64,000 nt of DNA from Candidatus Enterousia sp. (GCA_045648885.1 JAZROV010000003.1:3179-67178), one strand, 5' to 3'. Positions 8,263-17,823 are shown, numbered from the stretch's first letter. A program made the numbers and translations. Notes: a model not told the origin generated them from the letters alone.

Positions 8263-9993
8263 CTATTTGTTTCGCGGATCAGATAATAATGCAATAATAT
8301 TTGCAATAGCTTTTTTTCGTGTTTTTATTTGCTGTTTCCAAGATTCAATGACTTTGTCGTCTATACCAACAATATCATCCAATTTATTTTCCATATAAAT
8401 CGGAACAAAAGATTTGGCGTTTAATCGTGTATCGCGCAAATAAATTTTTCCATAAATATTACGCGGCATTCCATACAACGAAGTTAACGGATTGTTACTA
8501 AAACTGACATCGCGAATAATGGTACGTGGTGCACCATTTAAATTTTGCAATTCATTGCCACCGCAATAGAAAGAACCTCTGATTGTCACAGTATGCATAT
8601 CTGGTAATTTGGTTAATTTCATACCATGTAAATCTAGATAGCTGTTTATCACAAAATTTTCTGGTAAATCAAATACATCATACAGTTGATCATTCTGTTT
8701 AAAATAAGCGATTGCTGGATTCCAGCCATTAACATCAGGAATATCCAATTTTTCTGCGCGCATAAGCATTCTGACCGCCGTTCTTAATTTTTCGTCTTTT
8801 GGTATAGTGTTTTTATAACCACGACATTGGACTATCTGACCATAATTTACCTCTATGGTTAAATGTGGGTAACCAGTTGCGTCACGTACAGAATAGATTT
8901 GACAATATTCTTCGTGAACCAGTTCATCCCAATATCCTTCGCCAACACAATGACTCATACACTGCGATTCAAAATCTAATGATTGTGGTGTAAATAATTG
9001 AACCGCGTAATATCCGTCGTTTAAATCCATTATTTTATATGCACCGCGTTCCGATTCACGATAAAAATTTTCCCTGTTTCTGGCTAAACCGATTTTATTT
9101 TTGTGCCATTGGCGCGCCAATTTCAGCGTCCCAGAAAAATTATTATATTCATTGCAACTTTTCAAATAATCAAATCGAACAATTACATTGTGTTTGGTTT
9201 TAACCGCATTTGATATTTGGGTATCAATATATTGTTCCGCGACAGAATATAAAAAATCACGAATTTGGTTTATGTTTTGTTTTAATTTGTCATCTAATTT
9301 ATTTGCATCAAATTTTCTGGGAAAAGTTATGCGCGCCAAATGCGCACGAATTTTTTTATTAAAATATTGATATAAAATGCCGCGAATAATTATGTCTTTG
9401 TTTTTATAGATTTCATCCAAATTAAATTCTTGTTTAATTGTTTTGCGATATTCAGTTTTTTCTATTTTTCCACTGAATAAAATTTTATTAAAATAATCAT
9501 CCATAGATTGCGGAAACGCTTTTTCAAACGCTATCAATTCACGCTTTAATTCAACAATCGCATTATTACGCAAAGAATTATCCAGACACTTTATTATTAA
9601 TTGCATATTATTAGGCAATATAACAACATTATATCCACGCGCAACCAGCATATTATACATCTTCGTCACAATGTCAGCATCATAGAATGTTATCGTATAT
9701 TGAATAAACTTTTGATTTTTATCCCAATCCAGGCCAATACGAATAAAATCAGACAAAGTTTTTTCGTCCAATATTTCTAACGGGATAACATAATGAAAAC
9801 CGTTATTATCAACGTCTGTTATTGATAATTGGCGAAAATCTTGACGTAATTGACGACAAATTGTATCTGCACGCCCAGAATCACCACAAAACAGCACAAA
9901 ACCCGTCAATTCTTCGAGATTTATGCTTTGAACGTTCGGTATAAAATTAACAAAATCGGTCGTCATAATATGTTTCTGGGTTCTGTTCGCCAT
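8263..9993 (-). CDS. PcfJ-like domain protein with C-terminal leucine-rich repeats (576 aa)
   Basis: The block CMSHCVGEGYWDELVHEEYCQIYSVRDATGYPHLTIEVNYGQIVQCRGYKN matches my recollection of the PcfJ-like (PF14284) core. C-terminal LRR-like units include LTKLPDMHTVTIRGSFYCGGNELQNLNGAP and FSNNPLTSLYGMP. Confidence 0.55.
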   Translation of the reverse strand: MANRTQKHIMTTDFVNFIPNVQSINLEELTGFVLFCGDSGRADTICRQLRQDFRQLSITDVDNNGFHYVIPLEILDEKTLSDFIRIGLDWDKNQKFIQYTITFYDADIVTKMYNMLVARGYNVVILPNNMQLIIKCLDNSLRNNAIVELKRELIAFEKAFPQSMDDYFNKILFSGKIEKTEYRKTIKQEFNLDEIYKNKDIIIRGILYQYFNKKIRAHLARITFPRKFDANKLDDKLKQNINQIRDFLYSVAEQYIDTQISNAVKTKHNVIVRFDYLKSCNEYNNFSGTLKLARQWHKNKIGLARNRENFYRESERGAYKIMDLNDGYYAVQLFTPQSLDFESQCMSHCVGEGYWDELVHEEYCQIYSVRDATGYPHLTIEVNYGQIVQCRGYKNTIPKDEKLRTAVRMLMRAEKLDIPDVNGWNPAIAYFKQNDQLYDVFDLPENFVINSYLDLHGMKLTKLPDMHTVTIRGSFYCGGNELQNLNGAPRTIIRDVSFSNNPLTSLYGMPRNIYGKIYLRDTRLNAKSFVPIYMENKLDDIVGIDDKVIESWKQQIKTRKKAIANIIALLSDPRNK

Positions 9994-10038
9994 AAAACAT
10001 AATACAAATTATTCGTTTTGTCAAATATTGTGTTGTCA

Positions 10039-10110
10039 GGGTCCCACACACATTCCAAAGAGCAAAAAATAATTTTTTCACAAGTTCGAAAGTTTTATTT
10101 TGAATTTTTG
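10039..10110 (+). repeat. ~72 bp intergenic repeat, copy 2
   Basis: GGGTCCCACACACATTCCAAAGAGCAAAAA...AGTTCGAAAGTTTT...TTTGAATTTTT is co-linear with 5771..5842. Confidence 0.6.
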
Positions 10111-10128
10111 CTGGTTTTATTTTTAATA

Positions 10129-10656
10129 TTAATCAAACATTTCATTAAATATTTTATTACATTTTATTAAACTTTCACGCCAATCATCGCCATTTCCATT
10201 ATCACTTATATACTTATAACAACTGAATTGCACATTATTTTCCGGTGCATTGCAAACTTTGGCTATTGCGAAAGATTCCATATCTACTATTTCATAATCA
10301 TTGTTCCAATCAGTCACAAAACTGTCGCCGGTAAAACAAGTTTTTGATTCTGGACCGGCATCACCATTCGTTAAAACTGTCGTATAACCACTGTCTGGGA
10401 AACACCAATCTCTGTCAACAGTTGTCCCTATGTTATACACATGGCCCGCTTTAACTTTGTTCGGATTTCCACCCGCAGAGCCGACATTTATAATTTTTTT
10501 TACATCAAAATTATCAATCAGCCACTGTACAGACATTGCCGCATTTATTTTTCCCATACCTGTATATAAAACATTATGTTTATCCGAAGAAAATTCTTCT
10601 TCCAGTGCGACAACGAACCATGTTGAATCATTTTTATTTTTTACCGATACTTTCAT
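10129..10656 (-). CDS. Nucleoside phosphorylase-I family protein, MTA/SAH nucleosidase (MtnN/Pfs)-like
   Basis: Motif pattern VVALEEE...YTGMGKINAA...IINVGSAGG...FTGDSF...IVDMESFAIAKVC...YKYISD. Preferred start is ATG 10656 with RBS AAAGGAAAA. Confidence 0.6.
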   Translation of the reverse strand: MKVSVKNKNDSTWFVVALEEEFSSDKHNVLYTGMGKINAAMSVQWLIDNFDVKKIINVGSAGGNPNKVKAGHVYNIGTTVDRDWCFPDSGYTTVLTNGDAGPESKTCFTGDSFVTDWNNDYEIVDMESFAIAKVCNAPENNVQFSCYKYISDNGNGDDWRESLIKCNKIFNEMFD

Positions 10657-10896
10657 TTTTGTTTTCCTTTGATATTTACCGACCAAGATTATAGTAAATA
10701 ATATACAAAAAATAAAACTAAAAACATACGTTTTAATATTGGTTATGCCAGATGTGTAAATAGCCTTTATATTCTTTTACAAAGCACACAAATCAAAAAT
10801 ATTATGAACCCCAAAAAAGCGAAAACATTCTGACAAAAAAACATTGCTTTCCGTGAATTTTATCGTAGAATACGCACAAAAAAACAAAGGCCTGCA

Positions 10897-11442
10897 ATGT
10901 TCACAATCAACCAAGATTATTATGTCTTAGATTCAAAAGTTCCCGTTTTAACACTCCAGACAAACGGGCAATTTGAACACAAAAATTCTTATTTTTTGGA
11001 ATTTGTAGTCCAAGACGACAATAAAACATTGAAAAAAATCAAAACAGTTTGCGCGCCTTTTGATTACAGTACTGCTGTGGCGCAAGCGATTTCAAAACAC
11101 AACCTTTTTCATCCTCAACGATTATTTTTGTTGACTGGGCCGGATGCCATCAAAAATTCTTTTAAAGAATCAGATGATTTTTTAGCAATGGCATTTTGCG
11201 CCGACGGCGAACACGCCACAACGATACAATATTTCGAAGTCAATTATCTTTTCAGACGCAGTTATGAACCAAATCAAAAATATAGACGCGTCGGAACCAG
11301 CGCGATAAACGCATTAAAACAAGTTTATCAAGACCGCGAATTAGGTGGTCGCAGTGCTTTAGATGCCCTGAATTTTTGGTTCAAAAATGGTTTTACGCGT
11401 ATGGATGATAACGAACAACATGTGCATTGGTGCCAAAGATAA
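10897..11442 (+). CDS. Hypothetical protein (181 aa), weak GNAT-like C-terminal pattern
   Basis: Own promoter TTGCTT-N16-TAGAAT. The block YRRVGTSAINALKQV...ALNFWFKNGF resembles the GNAT acetyl-CoA-binding core, weakly. Confidence 0.45.
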   Translation: MFTINQDYYVLDSKVPVLTLQTNGQFEHKNSYFLEFVVQDDNKTLKKIKTVCAPFDYSTAVAQAISKHNLFHPQRLFLLTGPDAIKNSFKESDDFLAMAFCADGEHATTIQYFEVNYLFRRSYEPNQKYRRVGTSAINALKQVYQDRELGGRSALDALNFWFKNGFTRMDDNEQHVHWCQR

Positions 11443-11538
11443 TTTATTGGATATCACCACACGTAAAAAAACCTGAAAAATTGTCATTTTTGAACTTTTA
11501 TGATATAATATTTAACAGAAATCAAAAGGAAGAAATAA

Positions 11539-12435
11539 ATGTTTCGTTTTATTAAATCATTGTTTGTAAAGCCCGCGCCTCGACGTAATGGGGTTTCTGT
11601 AAAAGATTTTTACAATGAATCTGCAGAACAAGAATTTACACGGACAACGAAAGATGCTGCCCATATGTTGGAGTTTCAAACAACTGAATATTTTTACAAA
11701 AAATATCTTAAAAAGGGCATGAAAATTTTGGACGCAGGTGGCGGCCCAGGACGCTATACGATTGATTTGGCGAAACAGGGTTATTATATGACATTGTTGG
11801 ATATATCTGACAAAGAATTAGAGGTTGCAAAACGTAAAATCAAAAAATATCGTGTCGGCAAATTTGTTGATTCTGTAGATTTAGGTTCTATCACAGATTT
11901 ACCATACCAAGATAATTCTTTTGATATGGTGCTATGTATTGGTGGCCCGCTATCACATTTACGCACCGAAACGGAACGCAAAAAAGCAATAAAAGAATTA
12001 GTGCGTGTTGCCAAACCAGGTGCGCCTGTATTTATATCTGTTATGGCACGACCTGCGGTGTTAAATTTGTGCGTCAAAGATTTCAATAATTACATAAAAA
12101 CGTACGGATACAAAAACGAACAAGAATTTTGGGATGAAACTTCTGTATTGGCTCACCAAGGCGACGATAATTGGTTTGTTGGTTGTTCCTATGCCCATTT
12201 TTATTGGCCCAGTGAATTAAAAGATTTAGTGTTGAACACAGCAAAAAATACAAAATTATTGCACCAGGTTGCATTAGAATGGCCCAACCAAAACGCACAC
12301 AAAGAATTCAAAGAAATTGCAAAAACTAAACGACACTATAAAAAATGGTTAGATTTGCATTTTTCTGTTTGTGAACACCCGGATATGCTGTCGTTAAGTT
12401 CTCATATAATGATTGTTATTCAAAAGAAAAAATAG
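11539..12435 (+). CDS. Class I SAM-dependent methyltransferase
   Basis: Motif I ILDAGGGPGRYTIDLAKQGYYMTLLDIS. Own promoter TTGTCA-N17-TATAAT and RBS AAGGAAG. Confidence 0.8.
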   Translation: MFRFIKSLFVKPAPRRNGVSVKDFYNESAEQEFTRTTKDAAHMLEFQTTEYFYKKYLKKGMKILDAGGGPGRYTIDLAKQGYYMTLLDISDKELEVAKRKIKKYRVGKFVDSVDLGSITDLPYQDNSFDMVLCIGGPLSHLRTETERKKAIKELVRVAKPGAPVFISVMARPAVLNLCVKDFNNYIKTYGYKNEQEFWDETSVLAHQGDDNWFVGCSYAHFYWPSELKDLVLNTAKNTKLLHQVALEWPNQNAHKEFKEIAKTKRHYKKWLDLHFSVCEHPDMLSLSSHIMIVIQKKK

Positions 12436-12465
12436 AGCCGGCGCACAACAAGAAAGGTTTTACAA

Positions 12466-13143
12466 ATGACAGGTATTGAATATATCAAAAATGCGGTTTA
12501 TGAATTACTGAAAAACAATTCTAATGGGCATGATGATAAACATGTATTTCGCGTTTATAATAATGCTATGAAATTTTGTGATGAAATTCCAAACGCAAAT
12601 CGTGATTTGGTTGCAGCGGTTGCATTATTGCACGATTGCGATGATTATAAATTATTTGGCGAAGAATCAGAACGCGTGTTGACCAACACCAGACGAATAT
12701 TATCACAATCTGGTGTTGATAATGATTTCTGTGAAAAATGTATCAATATTGTAAAAACTATTGGATACAGCAAACGGTTAAAGGGTATCAAAGCATACGG
12801 TATCGAAGGCGAAATTGTATCTGATGCAGACATGTGTGACGCATCTGGGGCGATTGGTATGCTGCGCTGTATTGAATATCGATCGGGTTCTGGCCAACCG
12901 TTTTTTGACCCAGATTGTTTGCCAACTGAAATGGACGCTGAAACATACAGAAAATCAAGTGTTGACCCATGTGTAAATCATTTTTTTACTAAAATATTCC
13001 ATTTGCGCGACATGTGTTTAACTGAACCAGGCCGCAAATATGCAGCAAAAAAACATCAAACTATTGTAAATTTCTTGAACATGTATTTTGATGAAATCGA
13101 TGTCCCACAAATTTGGCGTAATTTATTGAAAAAATACGAATAA
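12466..13143 (+). CDS. HD-domain metal-dependent phosphohydrolase
   Basis: H...H...LLHDCDDYK pattern (NGHDDKHVFRV ... AVALLHDCDD). Confidence 0.75.
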   Translation: MTGIEYIKNAVYELLKNNSNGHDDKHVFRVYNNAMKFCDEIPNANRDLVAAVALLHDCDDYKLFGEESERVLTNTRRILSQSGVDNDFCEKCINIVKTIGYSKRLKGIKAYGIEGEIVSDADMCDASGAIGMLRCIEYRSGSGQPFFDPDCLPTEMDAETYRKSSVDPCVNHFFTKIFHLRDMCLTEPGRKYAAKKHQTIVNFLNMYFDEIDVPQIWRNLLKKYE

Positions 13144-13184
13144 AAATTATGTTGTGATGAATCTAAACAAAAGGCTTTGTTGTT

Positions 13185-13913
13185 ATGACCGAAAAATCAG
13201 AAAAAATTCAAAAAGCATCACAAAATATAAAACAGAAAAAAATTGTTTTATATCATGTCATTGAACCAATCGACGAACAAAAAATCGCCCAGATTAAAAA
13301 TGATGGGTATTTTGCACCGTCCCGCAGCGCGCTGGGCGGGCAAAGCAACGGATATTATTTTTTCACTACACGCACCGGGGCGACAAATCATATTGAAACG
13401 AACAAAGACTCTTGGGATTTTGGTGATAACAAACACGCATATATATTCGAATGCGAAATCGATTCAAACACGGTTAAATATCCAACCTGGAAATTAGATT
13501 ACGAAGCAATGCAAGATTTTTTGTTTGATATGATTGTGGATGCCGCGCGTGATAAAAAAATAAAATTTGACAGCACAGAAATCACAACCACCGACGATGG
13601 TAAATTGACCATTCTCGAAAACAATAAATTTTCAAAGATATCTGCTTTTTCACCCGACCGACATTCGGGTTTAGTCGAAAAAATCGCCGACTTTCTATAT
13701 AAACACAATTCGAAATTTAAAAACGATTATGATAAATTATTAAATGATGTGTTTTTTGGTATCGGCGAAAACCCTGAATTATATGCAGTAAAAACCACAG
13801 AAAAACATAAAATCACTAATATAACACAATTAGATAACATGGCCCAAAAATCGCCCGCCCAGACAAATTCACAAATCGATAAATTTTTTGCCCGTTACGG
13901 GAAACGCCGGTAA
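13185..13913 (+). CDS. Hypothetical protein (242 aa)
   Basis: Intact ORF with RBS-like AAAGG upstream. No confident family assignment; see findings for a weak H-Y-E pattern. Confidence 0.6.
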   Translation: MTEKSEKIQKASQNIKQKKIVLYHVIEPIDEQKIAQIKNDGYFAPSRSALGGQSNGYYFFTTRTGATNHIETNKDSWDFGDNKHAYIFECEIDSNTVKYPTWKLDYEAMQDFLFDMIVDAARDKKIKFDSTEITTTDDGKLTILENNKFSKISAFSPDRHSGLVEKIADFLYKHNSKFKNDYDKLLNDVFFGIGENPELYAVKTTEKHKITNITQLDNMAQKSPAQTNSQIDKFFARYGKRR

Positions 13914-14002
13914 TTTTTTGGCCCCTGATTATATTTTTATTGACAATTTATATTTTTTGTGTTAAATTTATTACAAAACAACACAATCAAAGGAGACAAA
14001 TT

Positions 14003-14125
14003 ATGTCAAACCAAGAAAATAACGCTGTTTTGAATGCATCTGGGTTGCCGCGCTGGTTAGCCGATATGTATCAATTTTCTATATCTGATATCATGGCGTA
14101 TGGTTATGGTTACATCGCACGGTAA
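14003..14125 (+). CDS. Small ORF (40 aa), candidate only
   Basis: Strong RBS AAAGGAGA 6 nt before ATG 14003. An intrinsic-terminator-like hairpin AAATACCCG-ATG-CGGGTATTTTTT follows at about 14156..14181. Confidence 0.35.
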   Translation: MSNQENNAVLNASGLPRWLADMYQFSISDIMAYGYGYIAR

Positions 14126-14141
14126 AAAACGATTATAAATT

Positions 14142-14717
14142 TTATAATTCATAAACAAATACCCGATGCGGGTATTTTTTATGGTTATAAAGTGTATAAC
14201 CATGACCCAAATCTATTACGCGTGTTGGTTTCTTACCTTTTATCTCGAAATCTAACGATATAATAACGCATATTTTGTGTTTATATTTCAATAATTTTTT
14301 TGTAAAACTTGGCCCCAGATACGCCACCGCAACATCAATTTTTTTATCTGTATTGTTCAACCAATCGAAAGCATCACACCAGATTGTTTTACTGCACGCG
14401 CCCATCATAAAATCAAGAAATTTTGAAACACCCGCCGTGAACGGCATATTTTCAAGTGCCCATACATCTGCATTCGTATTATTTGCTATATCGCGTGCCA
14501 GACCACCAAACCCAGACCCAATTTCACATATATTTTTTGCATTGTCATAATACGTTTTAATCTGGTTTATAACCAAACGATGCAGGTCGCGACTGCTGCC
14601 GACCAGTGGTGGTTGATTTTTAACATGAACACAATAAATATATTCAATAAATTTTATCGCCAAAAAAACATAAAGAACTATTAAAAACACAACCAAAGAA
14701 TACAAAAACACCTGCAC
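14142..14717 (-). CDS. Membrane-anchored class I SAM-dependent methyltransferase (191 aa)
   Basis: N-terminal TM helix (VFLYSLVVFLIVLYVFLAIKFI). Motif I ICEIGSGFGGLARDI. Lies 22 nt downstream of the giant gene on the same strand with RBS AAAGGAAAA. Confidence 0.65.
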   Translation of the reverse strand: MQVFLYSLVVFLIVLYVFLAIKFIEYIYCVHVKNQPPLVGSSRDLHRLVINQIKTYYDNAKNICEIGSGFGGLARDIANNTNADVWALENMPFTAGVSKFLDFMMGACSKTIWCDAFDWLNNTDKKIDVAVAYLGPSFTKKLLKYKHKICVIISLDFEIKGKKPTRVIDLGHGYTLYNHKKYPHRVFVYEL

Positions 14718-14739
14718 TGTGGTTTTCCTTTTGGTTTTA

Positions 14740-17700
14740 TTATTTCAAAATTTCTTGGATTTTATTGTAATTATCATTGTACAGTCTACGGTCTGCATCA
14801 GACATATTTGACGATTGAACAACACCATTTGTAAATTCAGAATTTATTATCGGTAACGCAGTCGCCGCAGCAGTTGGAAACGCAACCGCACCCGGAACCT
14901 GGCCATTATAGCGCGCAACTATCGCAGGATTAAACCCAGCATTTAACGCATTCGTTATCGCTGTCAATTTTGTATTATTCTGCAATTTTTCAGATGTTGG
15001 GTAAACATTGAAATAATTATTTTCATTCCCAATACCTAACAACGGCGCCCAAGAAATCCCATTCATATAAAACGGTATCTTTCGCGATTTATACAAAACC
15101 AGGACAACAGGATATCCATTTATCAAAACAATTGGCGCATTTGAATTTACAACCGTCGGCAAAGTTTTCAATCGCAATGGATTATTACCCACAGAACCAA
15201 ATGAACCCTGGGTCCGTTGCATCAAATCTTCCAATTCAGAATCGATTTTTACATCGCCTGCCTTTGTTTTGTTATCGTTTTTATCAGACGCAACAACCAA
15301 ACCGCCGATTATACCGCCAACTGCAACAGTTCCCAAAACCGCAGCCGTCGCAACCAAACCTGTATTTTTTGATTTTTGCGGTCTGAAACGTTGTGACGCA
15401 TTCAATCCAGACGTATCAGGCTTAAACAAATCTGCGATACTTGTATTCGTGGCAGCAGTAGTAGCAGTCGTTGTTGTAGTGGGCGAAACAACATCTGTCA
15501 CATCATCTGTGTCGGTTATTTCATCCGATATTGTTCCCGGCACAACACTGCCGCCACCAGATTGGTTTGTATTTGATGTTTTTTCATCATCGACCAAAGC
15601 GATATAAAATTCACCCTCGTCCCCGCCATGTCCAGGCATTACAGCAATAGCAGTTCCAAATATAGGCGCAAGATTTAATGAAGTCGTTGCAGCAACCCCC
15701 AACAATCTTTGTGCCTGTGCGATGGTTATACGATCGCCGACTTTGACACCTGCATTTAATAATTTTTGAACAACGTCTGCATTTGCACCCTTGCCAGCGA
15801 TTGTAGTCAAACCAGCATTGTATAAATCTGCATTTGATACGATTGGGAACATTTCTTTCGTGGAACCTTCGATAGCCACAGGTTCTACCAGTTGCGTGAC
15901 GCTCTTGCTTCTGCCCATTCCGTTTTTCAGCATTACACCTCTGTTTTGCAACGCGGCTAATGTATTTCTGTATGTTCCAATGGCAGATGCGATATGCAAC
16001 AAACCACCCGCCAGCATCAATGCATCACCAACCTGACTGACATATTCCCATGTTTGATGTTTGGTTTTAAGCGTGCATCCTGTATCTGTACAATTCCATA
16101 AATCTTCATCATTTATAAAATCTTGCCAAAATTGGGAATCTTTTGGAATTCGTTCTATCAATTTTGCAAAAATTCCGTCCAGCGCGTGCGCTTCTTCTTT
16201 AAGGAAATGATCCCCATAACTCATCAGTGTTTGTAAATCTTCGCGCAATATACGTTCTGCACATTCTGTATCATTTGGCGATGCAAAACATTGATTAGCC
16301 TTTTTCACAAACGGTTCATATATTCCCCATGTCATTTTTGCCTGGGCGGCTTCTTTCACAACCGCACCCGTTATCATGGCACCGGTTCCAAAATGGGCAA
16401 CAACAACCCAAACACCAGATGCACCACCACCAGTAACAACAGTCAGCGCAACAGCACCAATAACTATACCCGCTTCCAAAGCATATCTCGCAATTTTGTC
16501 GCGTTGGGCAGATGTTTTCGCATTCGGTAAAATGCACGCATCATCTTTCCATTCGACTTCTTTATCACAATTATCTGTACAGGTTGCGGCTAATTTAGCC
16601 TTTAAATTCATACATTGTTCTTCGGTAAATGTTTCACAGCGTGAACCGTCAAATGTTCCGTCTGCGGCCAAACAAACAACACCCTCGTAACCACCGGCAC
16701 GACGTGTTTTATTTTTTTCATTCACATCATCAAAAACAAAATCAACTTTCTTGTCACCAATACTGCATTGTATAATATCATCTTTTGCGTTTATCCAACC
16801 GGTTCTGCAACCTTTGCCTGTATATGTTCTGAAACCTTTGACACAATCAATCTGGTGTTCAGGAACACCGACTTCAAAAGCCAAGTATTCTTTGATTGCA
16901 TCATTAAACGACAAATTGTTCGTAACCTGAATTGCATTGGTACAAAAATAGAACGAATCAACACCATTTTCTGCAAAATCATTTGCCAAATCTTCTGCTT
17001 TCCCAACAGAAGATACATCTATTTCACATACCTTGGCATCCGCATTATATTTCCCAGAATACCCAAACACACGCGCTGTTTTATTTATTTCACCACATAA
17101 TTTTTCATTATCTGTGCGACAACCATATACATAACACATTGAATTGTTGGTTCCCATTGCGACAGTGGTGTTATCACAATAATATGCCCCGGCACCATAT
17201 TCTGATCCATGAATCTTACAAATACCTTTTTCTATACCGCTTTTGATTTTGTCATCGACAAATGCATCCAATGTATCAAAACGAAATTCATAAAATGCCT
17301 TGTTATTCGCGGACGCGCATTTTAAATAGTCATCTCGTTTTTCGGTGCGAATATTTTTACCATCACATCTTAAAGTATCATCGTTATGTTTTACACGAAC
17401 ATATTCTTGTGATAAACCAGCCCCAGGCGCCGCATTCACACGAATATCTTTGAACATTTCTTTTTCACAGACTTCTGCTCCGCCCGTTTTGCCGGCATCT
17501 TTGCCACAGACTTCTTTGTAATCAACGCCCAATGCTTTTATCAGTTGATATGCAAATTCTTCACATTTTTGTTTATAGGCAGCTTTTTTGATATCCAAAC
17601 CACCCGCCACGCATACTTTCCACAAATCAGATGCAGACACAGTGCCATCGCCAGCCTCAGCCGCCTGGTTCAAAGTGGCGATTGCTGAGGCTTGTGCTTT

Positions 17701-17823
17701 TGGGGTTTTGAAATGCTGTTTAACCACACCATCAACAATTTTGGCATCTATTTTTATATTCGCAGACACTGGCAATACAAAACAAAAACACGACAAAATA
17801 TAAAACAACAAACGTTTCATCAT
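14740..17823 (-). CDS. Giant (about 1027 aa) Cys-rich secreted/membrane-spanning protein of unknown function
   Basis: Signal peptide MMKRLLFYILSCFCFVLPVSA with RBS GGAGGTG. Cys-rich N-terminal ~440 aa, a central Gly/Ala/Val hydrophobic pair, a Thr-rich linker (SPTTTTTATTAATNTS), a second TM helix (GLVATAAVLGTVAVGGIIGGLVVA) and a ~190 aa C-terminal domain. Confidence 0.8.
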   Translation of the reverse strand: MMKRLLFYILSCFCFVLPVSANIKIDAKIVDGVVKQHFKTPKAQASAIATLNQAAEAGDGTVSASDLWKVCVAGGLDIKKAAYKQKCEEFAYQLIKALGVDYKEVCGKDAGKTGGAEVCEKEMFKDIRVNAAPGAGLSQEYVRVKHNDDTLRCDGKNIRTEKRDDYLKCASANNKAFYEFRFDTLDAFVDDKIKSGIEKGICKIHGSEYGAGAYYCDNTTVAMGTNNSMCYVYGCRTDNEKLCGEINKTARVFGYSGKYNADAKVCEIDVSSVGKAEDLANDFAENGVDSFYFCTNAIQVTNNLSFNDAIKEYLAFEVGVPEHQIDCVKGFRTYTGKGCRTGWINAKDDIIQCSIGDKKVDFVFDDVNEKNKTRRAGGYEGVVCLAADGTFDGSRCETFTEEQCMNLKAKLAATCTDNCDKEVEWKDDACILPNAKTSAQRDKIARYALEAGIVIGAVALTVVTGGGASGVWVVVAHFGTGAMITGAVVKEAAQAKMTWGIYEPFVKKANQCFASPNDTECAERILREDLQTLMSYGDHFLKEEAHALDGIFAKLIERIPKDSQFWQDFINDEDLWNCTDTGCTLKTKHQTWEYVSQVGDALMLAGGLLHIASAIGTYRNTLAALQNRGVMLKNGMGRSKSVTQLVEPVAIEGSTKEMFPIVSNADLYNAGLTTIAGKGANADVVQKLLNAGVKVGDRITIAQAQRLLGVAATTSLNLAPIFGTAIAVMPGHGGDEGEFYIALVDDEKTSNTNQSGGGSVVPGTISDEITDTDDVTDVVSPTTTTTATTAATNTSIADLFKPDTSGLNASQRFRPQKSKNTGLVATAAVLGTVAVGGIIGGLVVASDKNDNKTKAGDVKIDSELEDLMQRTQGSFGSVGNNPLRLKTLPTVVNSNAPIVLINGYPVVLVLYKSRKIPFYMNGISWAPLLGIGNENNYFNVYPTSEKLQNNTKLTAITNALNAGFNPAIVARYNGQVPGAVAFPTAAATALPIINSEFTNGVVQSSNMSDADRRLYNDNYNKIQEILK

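Noticed and set aside
15430-15500. Simple-sequence stretch (GCAGCAGTAGTAGCAGTCGTTGTTGTAGT...) inside the giant gene
   Set aside because: It encodes the poly-Thr/Ala linker of the 1027-aa protein on the minus strand. It is a low-complexity coding region, not an independent repeat element.
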